A stretch of DNA of 37,042 nt from the NCBI GenBank assembly GCA_964347285.1, contig CAYFYE010000011.1, forward strand, positions 1 to 37,042, given 5' to 3'. This DNA is from an uncultured Acidimicrobiia bacterium. Its GTDB lineage: Bacteria > Actinomycetota > Acidimicrobiia > Spongiisociales > JAOTWH01. Shown here one piece after another: positions 1 through 9,388 of this stretch (position 1 is its first letter; each line of letters starts with the position of its first letter). Under the pieces are notes generated by a model. That model had not been told where the DNA came from. It saw only the letters and a list, made by a program, of their open reading frames with translations, and ran no database searches. Both the position numbers and the translations under genes were made by a program.

Positions 1-1
1 G

Positions 2-286
2 GGCGTGCTCGGCGTCGATGAAGGCGCCGGCACCGCCGTTGCGCTGAGCCTCGGCCACCACGTGGAGAGCGAGGGTGGTCTTGCCGCTTCCCTCGGGGCC
101 GAAGATCTCCACGATGCGGCCCCGGGGCACGCCGCCGATGCCGAGGGCCAGGTCCAGCGAGAGGGCGCCCGTGGGGATGGCCCTCACGTCGCGCACCGCC
201 CCTTCCCCGAGCTTCATGATGGCGCCCTTGCCGAACTGACGCTCGATCTGGGACAGGGCCATTTCGAGGGCTTTGTCTTGCTCCAC
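2..286 (-). CDS. recA: Recombinase RecA, N-terminal part (truncated by window edge)
   Basis: Not in the ORF track. Manual minus-strand translation from GTG at 286 gives (M)[26 protein letters not shown]...[39 protein letters not shown], the RecA N-terminus and Walker A. AGGAAGGAG Shine-Dalgarno just upstream. Confidence 0.98.
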   Translation of the reverse strand, partial: MEQDKALEMALSQIERQFGKGAIMKLGEGAVRDVRAIPTGALSLDLALGIGGVPRGRIVEIFGPEGSGKTTLALHVVAEAQRNGGAGAFIDAEHA

Positions 287-315
287 CGGCGCTCCTTCCT
301 CGACGTCTGCCGGGC

Positions 316-337
316 ACCGTACGGGCCTGATGTGACA
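316..337 (-). promoter_or_regulatory. PafBC/RecA-NDp-like promoter (TGTCAC-N10-TACGGT) proximal to recA
   Basis: Minus strand reads TGTCAC atcaggcccg TACGGT. Spacing matches the mycobacterial LexA-independent motif TGTCRG-N10-TAnnnT. Confidence 0.7.
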
Positions 338-397
338 GGTTTTCGAACTACAGCCGTGAACTTACGGGAATGTAATCCTACCTCCCGCGCCTCGAGA

Positions 398-426
398 AGG
401 CTACTCGAACATGTGTTCGATGTCGA
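398..426 (-). promoter_or_regulatory. SigA-type recA promoter (TCGACA-N17-TAGCCT) with a LexA SOS box (405-420) in the spacer
   Basis: 405-420 = TCGAAC-ATGT-GTTCGA, an exact actinobacterial LexA consensus. It is flanked by -35-like TCGACA (426-421) and -10-like TAGCCT (403-398) 17 nt apart. Confidence 0.9.
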
Positions 427-472
427 GGATCACCGCCGACCACCCCGATCTCCGCCACGAGCACCGGACGAG

Positions 473-862
473 CTACCGGCGTCGATACTCGTCGTCACTC
501 ACCTTGTCCGGAAACCACTCGGTGGGACCCCCCCAGGTGAGCGACAGATGGATGTGGGGCGACTGGGAAGCGGCGCCATGCCAGTGCCGCTCTCCCGGCG
601 GCGAGTAGACGACGTCGCCCGGCGTCAGCTCGACGGTCTCGCCGGCTTCGGTCTGCACCAACCCGCTCCCGCTCACCCCGTAGAGCACCTGACCTGCGGG
701 ATGGGTGTGCCAGTCGGTGCGGGCTGCCGGCTCGAACCACACCCCCAGCGCGTTCAGGCCCTCGGGGGTCTCGTGGCTGAGCGGCCCGAACCAGACCCGC
801 CCCGTGAAATGCTCCTCAGGAGCCGGGCTCCACTCGACGTGCTCGGCGGAAAGGTGCTTCAT
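473..862 (-). CDS. Cupin domain protein
   Basis: MKHLSAEH... with cupin motifs WHTHPAGQVLY and PGERHWHGA. GAGGAGG RBS before ATG at 862. Confidence 0.9.
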   Translation of the reverse strand: MKHLSAEHVEWSPAPEEHFTGRVWFGPLSHETPEGLNALGVWFEPAARTDWHTHPAGQVLYGVSGSGLVQTEAGETVELTPGDVVYSPPGERHWHGAASQSPHIHLSLTWGGPTEWFPDKVSDDEYRRR

Positions 863-906
863 GATCCTCCTCGGTCGTCGGCGCCTCGACCCTACCCCAC
901 AGCGAA

Positions 907-940
907 CCACTCCAGCGCTCGGCCGGCCCGCTCGGAGTGG
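907..940. terminator. GC-rich stem-loop downstream of the decayed gene, possible terminator
   Basis: Inverted repeat CCACTCC-AGCG ... CGCT-(C)-GGAGTGG. No U-tract. Confidence 0.4.
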
Positions 941-953
941 CTCCGCCCCCCGA

Positions 954-1340
954 TCAGGGCGCGTACGGGACGAACCCGCTATTGATGAAGTCGAGGTCGA
1001 CGCCCGGCGTCACCTGGTGGGCGAGGTCCGGCCTCGGCCCGCCGTCTAAGGTGAACTTGGCCCGGGCGTGGTGCCGCAGCCACACCACCTTGGAGGGATG
1101 TTCCGACCCGTCCGCGACGCTCACCCGCTCGTGGTAGGGACGTACCCGCGGGAGGCGTAGCGCTCCGCCTTCTCCTGGGTGTCGATGATCTCACGGGTGA
1201 CGTCCAGCAGCTCACCATCCGGGGCGTCCGACGACCACCACTGCGGCGCTCCAAAGGGCCCGGTGTTGTAGTGCTTGCCGACAAACTAAACGGGCCCGGC
1301 TTGCACCCAGGACTGGCCGGGAATGTCGATCGCACCCCGG
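954..1340 (-). pseudogene. Decayed gene remnant of unknown family (in-frame TAG plus 1-nt frameshift)
   Basis: Minus strand reads GAIDIPGQSWVQAGPV*FVGKHYNTGPFGAPQWWSSDAPDGELLDVTREIIDTQEKAERYASRGYV, then after a frameshift at about 1140 YHERVSVADGSEHPSKVVWLRHHARAKFTLDGGPRPDLAHQVTPGVDLDFINSGFVPYAP*. Protein-like composition and GC-rich third positions. No start codon with RBS. Confidence 0.65.
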
Positions 1341-1368
1341 GAGCGTCGGAAGCTTCGGCCAGGCTCGG

Positions 1369-1938
1369 CTACTCCAGCGGGAAACGCTCGAGGGGCTCGT
1401 AGCGGGCCGGCTTGCCCCCGCCCAGGTGGCTCTGGTAAAGCACGACCTCTCCCACCCGCCATCGGACCGGAGGGGGCGGTACCCGCTCGAGGACCGGGCC
1501 CACGTCCTGGTGGGGCCGGATCCGGCTCAACGTCAGGTGGGCATGGAAGGGCCGCTCCTCGGCCGAGAACCCCGACGCTTGGGCCGCCTCCTCGGTGACG
1601 GCGGCCAGGCGGGCCAGCTCCTCTTCGCCCCGCTGCAATCCCACCCACAGCACCGTGGCCCGGGCCGGACGGGGGAATGCCCCGAGGTTCCCCAGCACCA
1701 GGTCGAAGGTCTCCCCCAGCTCAGATCCATCCACCGCGGCCACCACCTTCTCGTACTGGAGCCTGGTGGTCTTGCCCAGGAAGCGCAGCGTGAAGTGCCA
1801 GTTGGCCGGCGGCACCGGGCTGCCCGGGACCGGTTTGCCGCCGAGGGCGCCGGCCAAGTGGGCCGCCAGTGCGTGACGGGCCTCGTCGGGCATCGCCGCC
1901 GCGAAGAACAGTCGGCCTACTGGGTCGTTGGGATCCAT
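1369..1938 (-). CDS. thpR: RNA 2',3'-cyclic phosphodiesterase (2H phosphoesterase, LigT/ThpR)
   Basis: RLFFA start, two HxT motifs (HFTLRFLG, HAHLTLSR), usual position after cinA. Confidence 0.93.
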   Translation of the reverse strand: MDPNDPVGRLFFAAAMPDEARHALAAHLAGALGGKPVPGSPVPPANWHFTLRFLGKTTRLQYEKVVAAVDGSELGETFDLVLGNLGAFPRPARATVLWVGLQRGEEELARLAAVTEEAAQASGFSAEERPFHAHLTLSRIRPHQDVGPVLERVPPPPVRWRVGEVVLYQSHLGGGKPARYEPLERFPLE

Positions 1939-3188
1939 CGCTCCTCCGACCAGGCTCCGGTCACCGCCAGACGAGTGAGGTGGAGGGCCGCCGTGGTGGT
2001 ATAGGTGAGCACCCGCTCCCGGTCGCCGGGCATCTTCACCGTGCGGGCCCGGGCCGCCTCTGGGGTCTGCACGGCCACGACCATCGTCCCCACCGGCTGC
2101 TCTTGTGGATCGGGGCCGGCCGAGCCGCTCACCGCCACCGCCACGTCGCCGCCCAACCGGGAGGCCGCTCCGGCCGCCATGGCGAGGGCCGTTTCTTCGC
2201 TCACCGCGCCGTGCTCGGCGAGGACGTCGGCCGGCACGCCGAGCTCCGTCTCCTTGAGGTCGGGGTGGTAGGCGACCACCGAGCCCCGAAAGACCCGGGA
2301 CGAGCCGGGCACCGACGTGACCCGTGCCGCGATCCGGCCCCCGGTGGCCGACTCGGCGGTGACCAGCTTCCAGCCCCGCTCCTCCAGCCGGCGCACCAGG
2401 ACAGACTCGATGGTGTCGTCGTCGACTCCGAACACCAGGGGCCCCAGGCGCCTGCGCAGCTCGGCCTCGACCGGATGGATCAATGCCTCGGCCTCACGGC
2501 GCCCGGGCGCGGCAGCGGTGAGACGCAGCTTGATCTCTCCGCCCGACGCCAGGAACGCCAGGGTGGGGTTGGTCGAGTCGGCATAGAGATCGGAAAGCAG
2601 TTCGGCGATGCGCGACTCCGACTCGCCCCAGGTGCGCAACAACCGGCTCACGAAGACTCGACCCTCTCCCCCGACCTGCTGCCGCAAGAAGGGCATGACG
2701 TGATCGTCCAGCATCGGGTAGAGCTCGGCCGGAACTCCGGGCAGGGCGAAGATCCAGGTCCCATCGTGCCGCAGCTGCAAGCCGGGCGCGGTCCCCTTGG
2801 GATTGGGGATCATCTCGGCGCCGTCGGGGTACTCGGCCTGGCGCAAGTTGCTCTCGGGCATCTCCCTGCCCCGGAGCGCCCACCACTCGGCCAGCTCGGC
2901 GGCGTAGGCGTCGCTGAAGGCCATTTCGCGGCCGGTCGCCTCGCACAGGGCCTGGCGGGTGATGTCGTCCTGGGTGGGGCCCAGGCCTCCGGTGATGATG
3001 ACCGCGTCGGAGCGGCTGAGGGCACGGCCGATCACCGCCGCCGCCCGCTCCAGGTTGTCGCCCACCACCGACTGGTGGTAGTGGTCGAGCCCGGCTTCGG
3101 CCAGGCGGGCGCCGATCTCGGCGGCGTTGGAGTTGACGATCTGGCCCAGCAACAGCTCGGTACCCACCGCCACCACCTCGACGATCAT
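1917..3188 (-). CDS. cinA: Competence/damage-inducible protein CinA (MocF domain plus PncC NMN deamidase)
   Basis: MIVEVVAVGTELLLGQIVNSN, GGLGPTQDDIT, TAESATGG, HGAVSEETA. ATGA overlap with the rimO stop. Confidence 0.96.
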   Translation of the reverse strand: MIVEVVAVGTELLLGQIVNSNAAEIGARLAEAGLDHYHQSVVGDNLERAAAVIGRALSRSDAVIITGGLGPTQDDITRQALCEATGREMAFSDAYAAELAEWWALRGREMPESNLRQAEYPDGAEMIPNPKGTAPGLQLRHDGTWIFALPGVPAELYPMLDDHVMPFLRQQVGGEGRVFVSRLLRTWGESESRIAELLSDLYADSTNPTLAFLASGGEIKLRLTAAAPGRREAEALIHPVEAELRRRLGPLVFGVDDDTIESVLVRRLEERGWKLVTAESATGGRIAARVTSVPGSSRVFRGSVVAYHPDLKETELGVPADVLAEHGAVSEETALAMAAGAASRLGGDVAVAVSGSAGPDPQEQPVGTMVVAVQTPEAARARTVKMPGDRERVLTYTTTAALHLTRLAVTGAWSEERWIPTTQ

Positions 3189-4492
3189 TGCGCCACCCGG
3201 GCTTTGAGATCGGCCTCGTAGGCGGCGGTGACCTCGGCGGTGACCCACTCTCCGGGCCGCCCCCGATCGAGGAGGACCACCCCGTCGATCTCCGGGGCCT
3301 GGCGGTAGGAGCGGCCCACCGGTGTGCCCTCCTCCACCATGTCCACCAGCACCTCGACGGTGGAACCCACCTGGGCGGCGTTGCGCTCGGCCGTGATGCG
3401 GTCCTGGACGGCCTGGAGGTGACGGACCCGCTCCACCTTTTCCTCCTCCGGGACCTGATCGGGCAGCGTCGCCGCCACGGTGCCCTCCTCGGTCGAGTAC
3501 GGGAAGAACCCGGCCCAGTCGAGCCGGGCCGCTTCACAGAAGTCGGCGAGCTCCTCGACCTGGTCGTCCGACTCGCCGGGAAAGCCGACGATGAAGCTGG
3601 AGCGGAGGGCAGCCCCGGGATCGGCGGAACGGATCGCAGAGATGAGCTCGAGATGGCTCTCGGCGCCGCCGGGGCGTTTCATGGCCCGCAGCAGCGGCGT
3701 GGAGGCATGTTGCAGGCTCAAATCGAAATAGGTAGCGACCAGGGGGTTGGAGGCCATCTCTGCGATAAGGGCGGGGCGGATCTCGCTCGGGTACAGGTAG
3801 AGCAGCCGCAGGAGGCCCAGGCCCTCGATGTCGCCCAGGAATCGCAGGAGCTCGACGATCCCGCCCGGGGCATCGATATCACGTCCGTAGGCGGCCAGGT
3901 CCTGGGCCACCAGCACCACCTCGCGCACGTCCTCAGCCACCAGGTGGACGATCTCGTCTCGGATGTTCGCAGGGGGGCGGGAGCGCTGCCGACCCCGAAA
4001 CAGGGGAATAGCGCAGAACGTGCATTGCTTGTCGCAGCCCTCGGCGACCTTCACGTAGGCATACGGAGTGGAGGGGGCCGGACGGCGCACCTCGTACAGG
4101 ATGTCCATCTTCGAGTCCTGCCCGCGCGCCGACTCCCAGCCGGTGAGATCGTCGAGGCGATCCACCAGCTCCCCGTAGCGGTCCAGGCCGATGACGGCGT
4201 CGGCCTCCGGCAGCGCCTCGGCCAGCTCGATCTCGTAGCGCTGGGCCATGCAACCCAGCACCACCAGCCGCGCCTCGGGGGGTTTGGCGGCCTCCAAGTC
4301 GAGGATGGTCTCGATGGACTCCCGGCGGGCCGCCTCGACGAAGGCGCACGTGTTGATCATCACCACATCGGCGTCGCCGGGACGGTCGGCGGCCGCGTAA
4401 CCGGCCTCGGCCAAGCGGGTAGACAGCTTGTCCGAGTCCACTTCGTTCTTCGCGCAGCCCAACGTCTCCAGGAACACCCGGGGAGCGGTCAT
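3185..4492 (-). CDS. rimO: Ribosomal protein S12 methylthiotransferase RimO
   Basis: TLGCAKNEVDS, INTCAFVEAA, radical SAM CxxxCxxC (GCDKQCTFCAIP), C-terminal TRAM with QAPEIDG. Confidence 0.96.
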   Translation of the reverse strand: MTAPRVFLETLGCAKNEVDSDKLSTRLAEAGYAAADRPGDADVVMINTCAFVEAARRESIETILDLEAAKPPEARLVVLGCMAQRYEIELAEALPEADAVIGLDRYGELVDRLDDLTGWESARGQDSKMDILYEVRRPAPSTPYAYVKVAEGCDKQCTFCAIPLFRGRQRSRPPANIRDEIVHLVAEDVREVVLVAQDLAAYGRDIDAPGGIVELLRFLGDIEGLGLLRLLYLYPSEIRPALIAEMASNPLVATYFDLSLQHASTPLLRAMKRPGGAESHLELISAIRSADPGAALRSSFIVGFPGESDDQVEELADFCEAARLDWAGFFPYSTEEGTVAATLPDQVPEEEKVERVRHLQAVQDRITAERNAAQVGSTVEVLVDMVEEGTPVGRSYRQAPEIDGVVLLDRGRPGEWVTAEVTAAYEADLKARVAQ

Positions 4493-4502
4493 GACGGCGA
4501 GT

Positions 4503-5027
4503 CTACGAGTCGGCCAGCCGCCGATAGCTGCCCCGGAAGTAGGCGAGGGGATCGGTGAACTCGGACAGCTCGATGCGATCGATCTCCCCGGCCGCAAGCA
4601 GGTGGTAGGTGGCCTCCTCGCCGCCGACGAACCGGCAGTAGGCCCGGGTGCCGAGGGGCAGCTCGGGCCCGTAGTCACCGTCGACCACCTCGCGGCCCCG
4701 GAACGGCCCGCCCGGGCTCGGCCTCAGCCCGGCAAACACGTCGGCGATGTCCCCGTCGGCGTCGCCCAGGACGTGGACCACGAAGCGCCCGGTCTCTTGC
4801 ATGGCCTCGAACAAATCGGTGGTGGTGCCCACCAGGAAATACACCCGAGCCGGCTCGCCCTCGGCGACCATCAGCGACGAGACCGTCAGACCGGCCCGAC
4901 CCTCCGGTCTCCCGGCGGTCACGATGGTGACCGGCGCTACCAGCCGTCCTCGGAGGCGCCGGGCCGGGTCCCGCTCGCCCAGGGGCGGTTGGAAGGGGTG
5001 CTCGTCGTGTATGGAGCCGTCACTCAT
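4503..5027 (-). CDS. Flavin reductase family protein
   Basis: RRLRGRLVAPVTIVTAG...GLTVSS...PLAYFRGSYR, typical of the Flavin_Reduct family. Start chosen at MSDGSIH. Confidence 0.85.
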   Translation of the reverse strand: MSDGSIHDEHPFQPPLGERDPARRLRGRLVAPVTIVTAGRPEGRAGLTVSSLMVAEGEPARVYFLVGTTTDLFEAMQETGRFVVHVLGDADGDIADVFAGLRPSPGGPFRGREVVDGDYGPELPLGTRAYCRFVGGEEATYHLLAAGEIDRIELSEFTDPLAYFRGSYRRLADS

Positions 5028-5118
5028 AGGGTCTCCGGCCCTCGATGGCCTCGTCGGAGTGGCACCGGTCCCGGCCGTAGACAGGTCGCGACCCCGACCG
5101 TTCCCTCCGTTCCGGGAT

Positions 5119-6000
5119 TCATTCCAGAGCCACTTCGACGGCGGCGCGCTGGTCGAACCGAAGTCGGGTCGCATAGCCGGCCGCCCGGGCCGCAGCCACG
5201 GCCTCGTCGAGATCCCGACCGGCATGTTCGGCGCTATGGGCGTCGCTGCCCAAGGTGATCGGCACCCCGGCCTCGAAAAAGGCCTTCAGGAAGGCCGGAG
5301 CCGGGTACACCTCTCGGGCCGGGGAGTTGAGACCGTTGCTGTTGACCTCCACGGCGGTTCCGCTGGCCGCCGCCGCCGCCGCCACGCCGTCGTAGAGATG
5401 GAGCGGTTCCTCGGCGAGGCGGTAGCCCTGCTTCTTGACGACATCGACGTGGGCCAGCACGTCCACGGCTCCCGAGGCCGCCAGCGCCGTCTCCCACTCG
5501 AAGTAGCCCGCCCAGGCCGCCTCGACACCGCGCTGGTCGAACTCGGCGGCCACATCGCTGTTGTCGATGCCCCAGCCCACCACCCAGTGCACCGATCCGA
5601 TGAGGAAGTCCCACGGATAGGGTGCCAGCAGGTCGACGACGGCGTCGATCGTGTCGGGAAAGAAGTCGACCTCCAGCCCCAGCAACACCGGCAGCCCCCG
5701 GTCCTTGGCGGCCAGCACGGCATCGACGTAGCCGGCGAGTGAGAGCAGGCGGTCCTCTTCGACGAACTCCTGCGCCTGGCGGGCCAGCCATTCCACCGGC
5801 TCCTTCTCCCAGAACGGACCGAGGGCCTCGGCCGATTCCGCGCAGCGGTACAGGTGCTCGGTGAAGCCCAGCTCGGTGATTCCTCGCCTGGCGGCCGCCT
5901 CGACGTAGGCCTCGATGTGGCCCGGCGGGTACTCCCCGGGCGGCGGGCCCTCGCCGGTGTGTGGGGCGTGGGGATGCAGGTGGAGGTGGTAGTCACTCAC
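5119..6000 (-). CDS. PHP-domain phosphatase, histidinol-phosphatase HisJ/HisK family
   Basis: DYHLH, GFTEH, LGLEVD, IGSVH, LAHVD and GSDAH metal motifs. Confidence 0.88.
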   Translation of the reverse strand: MSDYHLHLHPHAPHTGEGPPPGEYPPGHIEAYVEAAARRGITELGFTEHLYRCAESAEALGPFWEKEPVEWLARQAQEFVEEDRLLSLAGYVDAVLAAKDRGLPVLLGLEVDFFPDTIDAVVDLLAPYPWDFLIGSVHWVVGWGIDNSDVAAEFDQRGVEAAWAGYFEWETALAASGAVDVLAHVDVVKKQGYRLAEEPLHLYDGVAAAAAASGTAVEVNSNGLNSPAREVYPAPAFLKAFFEAGVPITLGSDAHSAEHAGRDLDEAVAAARAAGYATRLRFDQRAAVEVALE

Positions 6001-6109
6001 GACCCATGGAGGGTACCCCCGTCGCGTTGTCCGGAATTCCGTGCAAAAAGGAGGCCGCCCTCCCCGACGGCTTCGATGCGACCAGTCGTTGCTCGGTTGA
6101 GGAGACCCC

Positions 6110-7228
6110 CTAGGGGGCAAATCCCTCCAGGGCCTCGATGACGGCTCCCAGGAAGCGCCGGCCGAGAGCGCCGTCGATCACTCGGTGATCGTAGGAGAGC
6201 GACAGAGGGAAACGACGCACCACGGCCAGCTCTCCGTCGACGACCCCGGGTCGAAGGTCGGCCCGACCCACCGAGAGGATGGCAGTCGTGCCGAAGGGAA
6301 CGATCGGAGTTCCATAGCCGCCCCCCACCGCCCCGATGTTCGAGATGGTGAATGTGGCGCCCTGCAGCTCGTCGGGGGAGGCGGTCCGTTGCCTGGCCGC
6401 GTCGGAGAGGCGCTTCACCTCCTCGGCCAGCTGCTCGAAAGACAGGCCGTCGGCACCCCTCACCACGGCCACCAGCAGCCCATCGGCGGTGTCGACGGCG
6501 AATCCAACGTCATAGTGCTTCCGGAGCAGCACCACGTCTCCGGCCACCGACGCATTGAACTCGGGGAACTCGGCCAGAAGGGGCGTCACCGCCCCGATGA
6601 GCAGCGCCTCCAGGAGCGGCCCGCCGGCAGCCTTTCGAGCCGCCAGCAAAGGTTCGGCTTCGGCCTCGCCGTAGGTGGTGACGTGGGGTATCTCCCGCCA
6701 CGATCGGATGAGATGCTCGGCGATGGCCCGCCTCGTCGGCGACAGCTCGACCCGCTCCAGCGCTCCCCCGCCGGCGGCGGCCCGGACGTCCTCTGCGGTG
6801 ATGCGTCCCTCCGGCCCCGATCCGGACACGGAACCCAAGTCGACGCCCAGCTCGGCGGCCAGCTTGCGTACCGCCGGCAGGGTCCGGGGACCGGCGACGG
6901 CGGCTTCTTCGCCCAGCGTCCCGACGATGGGCGCCGCCGGCGCGAGAGATGGTGCCGCAGAGGCCGCCCGATCGGGAGCCCACTCCTCCCCGGCCTCGCC
7001 GATGACCGCAAGGATCTCTCCCACCGCCAGGACCTCGCCTTCGGCGGCTCCCTGGTAGAGCAGCACGCCGGCCACCGGGGCCGGAATCTCACTGACCGCC
7101 TTGTCGGTCTCCACCTCGACCATCGGAGCGTCGAGGGCCAGGTCGTCGCCGACCCGGGCCAGCCAGGTCACCACGGTGGCTTCGGTGAGGCCCTCGCCGA
7201 TGTCGGGGAGACGGAACTCGTGGGCCAC
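6110..7228 (-). CDS. pdhC: 2-oxoacid dehydrogenase E2, dihydrolipoamide acyltransferase
   Basis: One lipoyl domain (EVETDKA), E3-binding motif (GSGPEGRITAEDV), catalytic YDHRVIDG. PDH versus BCKDH specificity unresolved. Confidence 0.93.
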   Translation of the reverse strand: MAHEFRLPDIGEGLTEATVVTWLARVGDDLALDAPMVEVETDKAVSEIPAPVAGVLLYQGAAEGEVLAVGEILAVIGEAGEEWAPDRAASAAPSLAPAAPIVGTLGEEAAVAGPRTLPAVRKLAAELGVDLGSVSGSGPEGRITAEDVRAAAGGGALERVELSPTRRAIAEHLIRSWREIPHVTTYGEAEAEPLLAARKAAGGPLLEALLIGAVTPLLAEFPEFNASVAGDVVLLRKHYDVGFAVDTADGLLVAVVRGADGLSFEQLAEEVKRLSDAARQRTASPDELQGATFTISNIGAVGGGYGTPIVPFGTTAILSVGRADLRPGVVDGELAVVRRFPLSLSYDHRVIDGALGRRFLGAVIEALEGFAP

Positions 7229-8205
7229 TATGCCTCCAGGGCTCGGCGAGCAGCCGCCACGATCCGCTCCACGGCGGGAATGTGATGGTGCTCGGCCCGG
7301 CGCAACGGGACCACGATGTCCCAGCCGGTCACTCGCTCGACCGGGGCCTGCAATGAATACAAGGCCTTCTCCTGGATCAGGGCGGCCAGCTCGGAAGCGA
7401 AACCGCCGGTCCGGGGGGCCTCCTGCACCACCACCGCCCGCCCGGTCTTGTGCACCGACGTGAGTACGGTCTCGGTGTCGAGGGGGACCAGGGAGCGCAG
7501 GTCGACGACGTCGGTCGAGATGCCCTCGGCAGACAGCAGTTCGGCGGCGCTGCGCACCTCACGCAACATCGCCCCCCACGAGATGAGGGTGAGGTCGCCG
7601 CCTTCTCGGGACACCGTCGCCGCGCCGATCGGCACGGTGTAGGCGTCGTCGGGCACGTCCTCCTTGAGGGCCCGGTAGATGCGGATGGCCTCCAGGAACA
7701 CCACCGGGTCGGGATCGGCGATCGCCGCCAGCAAGAGCCCCTTGGCGTCGTAGGGCCCGCTCGGGACCACCACCTTGAGGCCGGGGACGTGGGCGAAGAA
7801 GGCCTCGGTGGATTCCGAATGGTGCTCGGCGGCCCCGATGCCCCCTCCGTAGGGAATTCGGATGACCAGCGGAGCGGTGAAGCGGTGCCGGGAACGATTG
7901 CGAATGCGGGACACGTGGCTGACTACCTGGTCGAGGGCGGGATAGGCGAATCCCATGAACTGGATCTCGGCGACCGGGTGCAATCCACCGACCGCCATCC
8001 CGAAGGCGGTGCCGACGATGCCCGACTCGGCGACCGGAGTGTCGATCACCCGCCGCTCCCCGTGCGCCTCCTGGAGTCCGTCGGTGACCCGAAACACGCC
8101 GCCGATTCGGCCGACATCCTCGCCGATGACGACCACCCGATCGTCGGCGGCGAGGGCGTTGTCGAGGGCCGAGTTGATTGCCTGGGCGACGTTTCGCTCG
8201 GCCAT
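7228..8205 (-). CDS. pdhB: 2-oxoacid dehydrogenase E1 beta subunit
   Basis: GEDVGRIGGVFRVTDGL, DTPVAESGI, AEIQF, EHHSES. Confidence 0.95.
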   Translation of the reverse strand: MAERNVAQAINSALDNALAADDRVVVIGEDVGRIGGVFRVTDGLQEAHGERRVIDTPVAESGIVGTAFGMAVGGLHPVAEIQFMGFAYPALDQVVSHVSRIRNRSRHRFTAPLVIRIPYGGGIGAAEHHSESTEAFFAHVPGLKVVVPSGPYDAKGLLLAAIADPDPVVFLEAIRIYRALKEDVPDDAYTVPIGAATVSREGGDLTLISWGAMLREVRSAAELLSAEGISTDVVDLRSLVPLDTETVLTSVHKTGRAVVVQEAPRTGGFASELAALIQEKALYSLQAPVERVTGWDIVVPLRRAEHHHIPAVERIVAAARRALEA

Positions 8206-9248
8206 CAGTCGGAGCCTCCGTCCCGGAGCAGCATCGAACGCTCTTCCACAAGGGTTTCGGTCGGGGCGGCGAACATCCCCTCGAAGATGTCGGCCGGTCC
8301 CAGCGGGGGAAGTGCCTCGGCCTCCCCCACCGCCGCCTCGATCAGTGCCCCCTCCTCGGCCTCGATCTGGTCCTGCCAGGCCTGGTCCCAAGCGCTCTCT
8401 TTCTCCAAGAACCGGCGCACCCGCTCTACCGGGTCGCGGCGCCGTCGTTCCTCGACCTCCCCCTCGCCGCGGTAGCGCCCGGCATCGTCGGATGTGGTGT
8501 GGGCCCCAATGCGGTAGGTGAGCGCCTCGATGAGGGTGGGTCCCTCGCCGGCCCGGGCCCGGGTCACCGCCTCGGCGCAGGCCCGGTAGACGGCGAAGAG
8601 GTCGTTGCCATCGACCTGCACTCCGGGAATCCCGTAGCCGACGGCCTTGGCGGCAAGGGTCTCGGCAGCCGTCTGGCGTTCCCGGGGCATCGAAATGGCG
8701 AAGCCGTTGTTCTCACACACGAAGATGGTCGGGGTCCGGTAGACCCCGGCGAAGTTCATCGCCTCGTGGAAGTCGCCCTCCGAAGTGGCCCCGTCACCGA
8801 ACAGTGTGAGTGCCACCCGGTCGCGCCCCTGATAGACCTCGGCCCACCCCAGCCCGACGGCGTGAAGCATGTGGGCCCCGACGGTGATCGAGGGGGGCAG
8901 CACCGGCACTCCATCGGGCGGCGAGCCGCCCCGCTCGTCACCGGTCCGCCCCAGTATGAGATTGACCCAGGGGTAGCCGTGGAACCACATGGCGGCCGCG
9001 TCCCGGTAGGTGGCCACCAGCCAGTCATCGGGTCGGAGAGCGGCGACGGCACCGATCTGAGTGGCCTCCTGGCCCTCGAAAGGAGCGTAGGTGGCCAGGC
9101 GACCCTGCCGCTGCAGCGCCGAAGCCTTGTGGTCGTAGAGACGGGCGGCGACCATGGCCCGATACAGGGGGCGCGTCTCCTCGATGTCGATCGGAGCATC
9201 GCCGACGAGTATGCCTTGGGTGTCGAGGATCTGGAGCGGTTCGGGCAT
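8205..9248 (-). CDS. pdhA: 2-oxoacid dehydrogenase E1 alpha subunit
   Basis: LQRQGR, TPP motif GDGATSEGDFHE...NN, YRIGAHTTSDD. Confidence 0.95.
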   Translation of the reverse strand: MPEPLQILDTQGILVGDAPIDIEETRPLYRAMVAARLYDHKASALQRQGRLATYAPFEGQEATQIGAVAALRPDDWLVATYRDAAAMWFHGYPWVNLILGRTGDERGGSPPDGVPVLPPSITVGAHMLHAVGLGWAEVYQGRDRVALTLFGDGATSEGDFHEAMNFAGVYRTPTIFVCENNGFAISMPRERQTAAETLAAKAVGYGIPGVQVDGNDLFAVYRACAEAVTRARAGEGPTLIEALTYRIGAHTTSDDAGRYRGEGEVEERRRRDPVERVRRFLEKESAWDQAWQDQIEAEEGALIEAAVGEAEALPPLGPADIFEGMFAAPTETLVEERSMLLRDGGSD

Positions 9249-9388
9249 CGGGGTGAGGCTAACGGACCCTGGGCTCACACCCCCTCGCGCGAGGTCCGAG
9301 ACGAGGCGACGGCCGGCTCAGCTACGCAGCCGGGACAGGGTCGCGACCAGCCGGGCCACTCGCCACAACAGGAGCACGTAGGAACGTC

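Noticed and set aside
343..358. Second LexA box near recA (TCGAAC-TACA-GCCGTG)
   Set aside because: Only one half-site matches the consensus.
5..985. 326-aa plus-strand ORF and the many other long antisense ORFs (e.g. 1869-3221, 3188-4558, 8178-9602, 31378-33210)
   Set aside because: These are shadow ORFs opposite well-supported genes, expected in high-GC DNA, with no recognisable motifs.
1286..1288. In-frame TAG as pyrrolysine or readthrough
   Set aside because: It is accompanied by a frameshift and a missing N-terminus, so decay is the simpler explanation.
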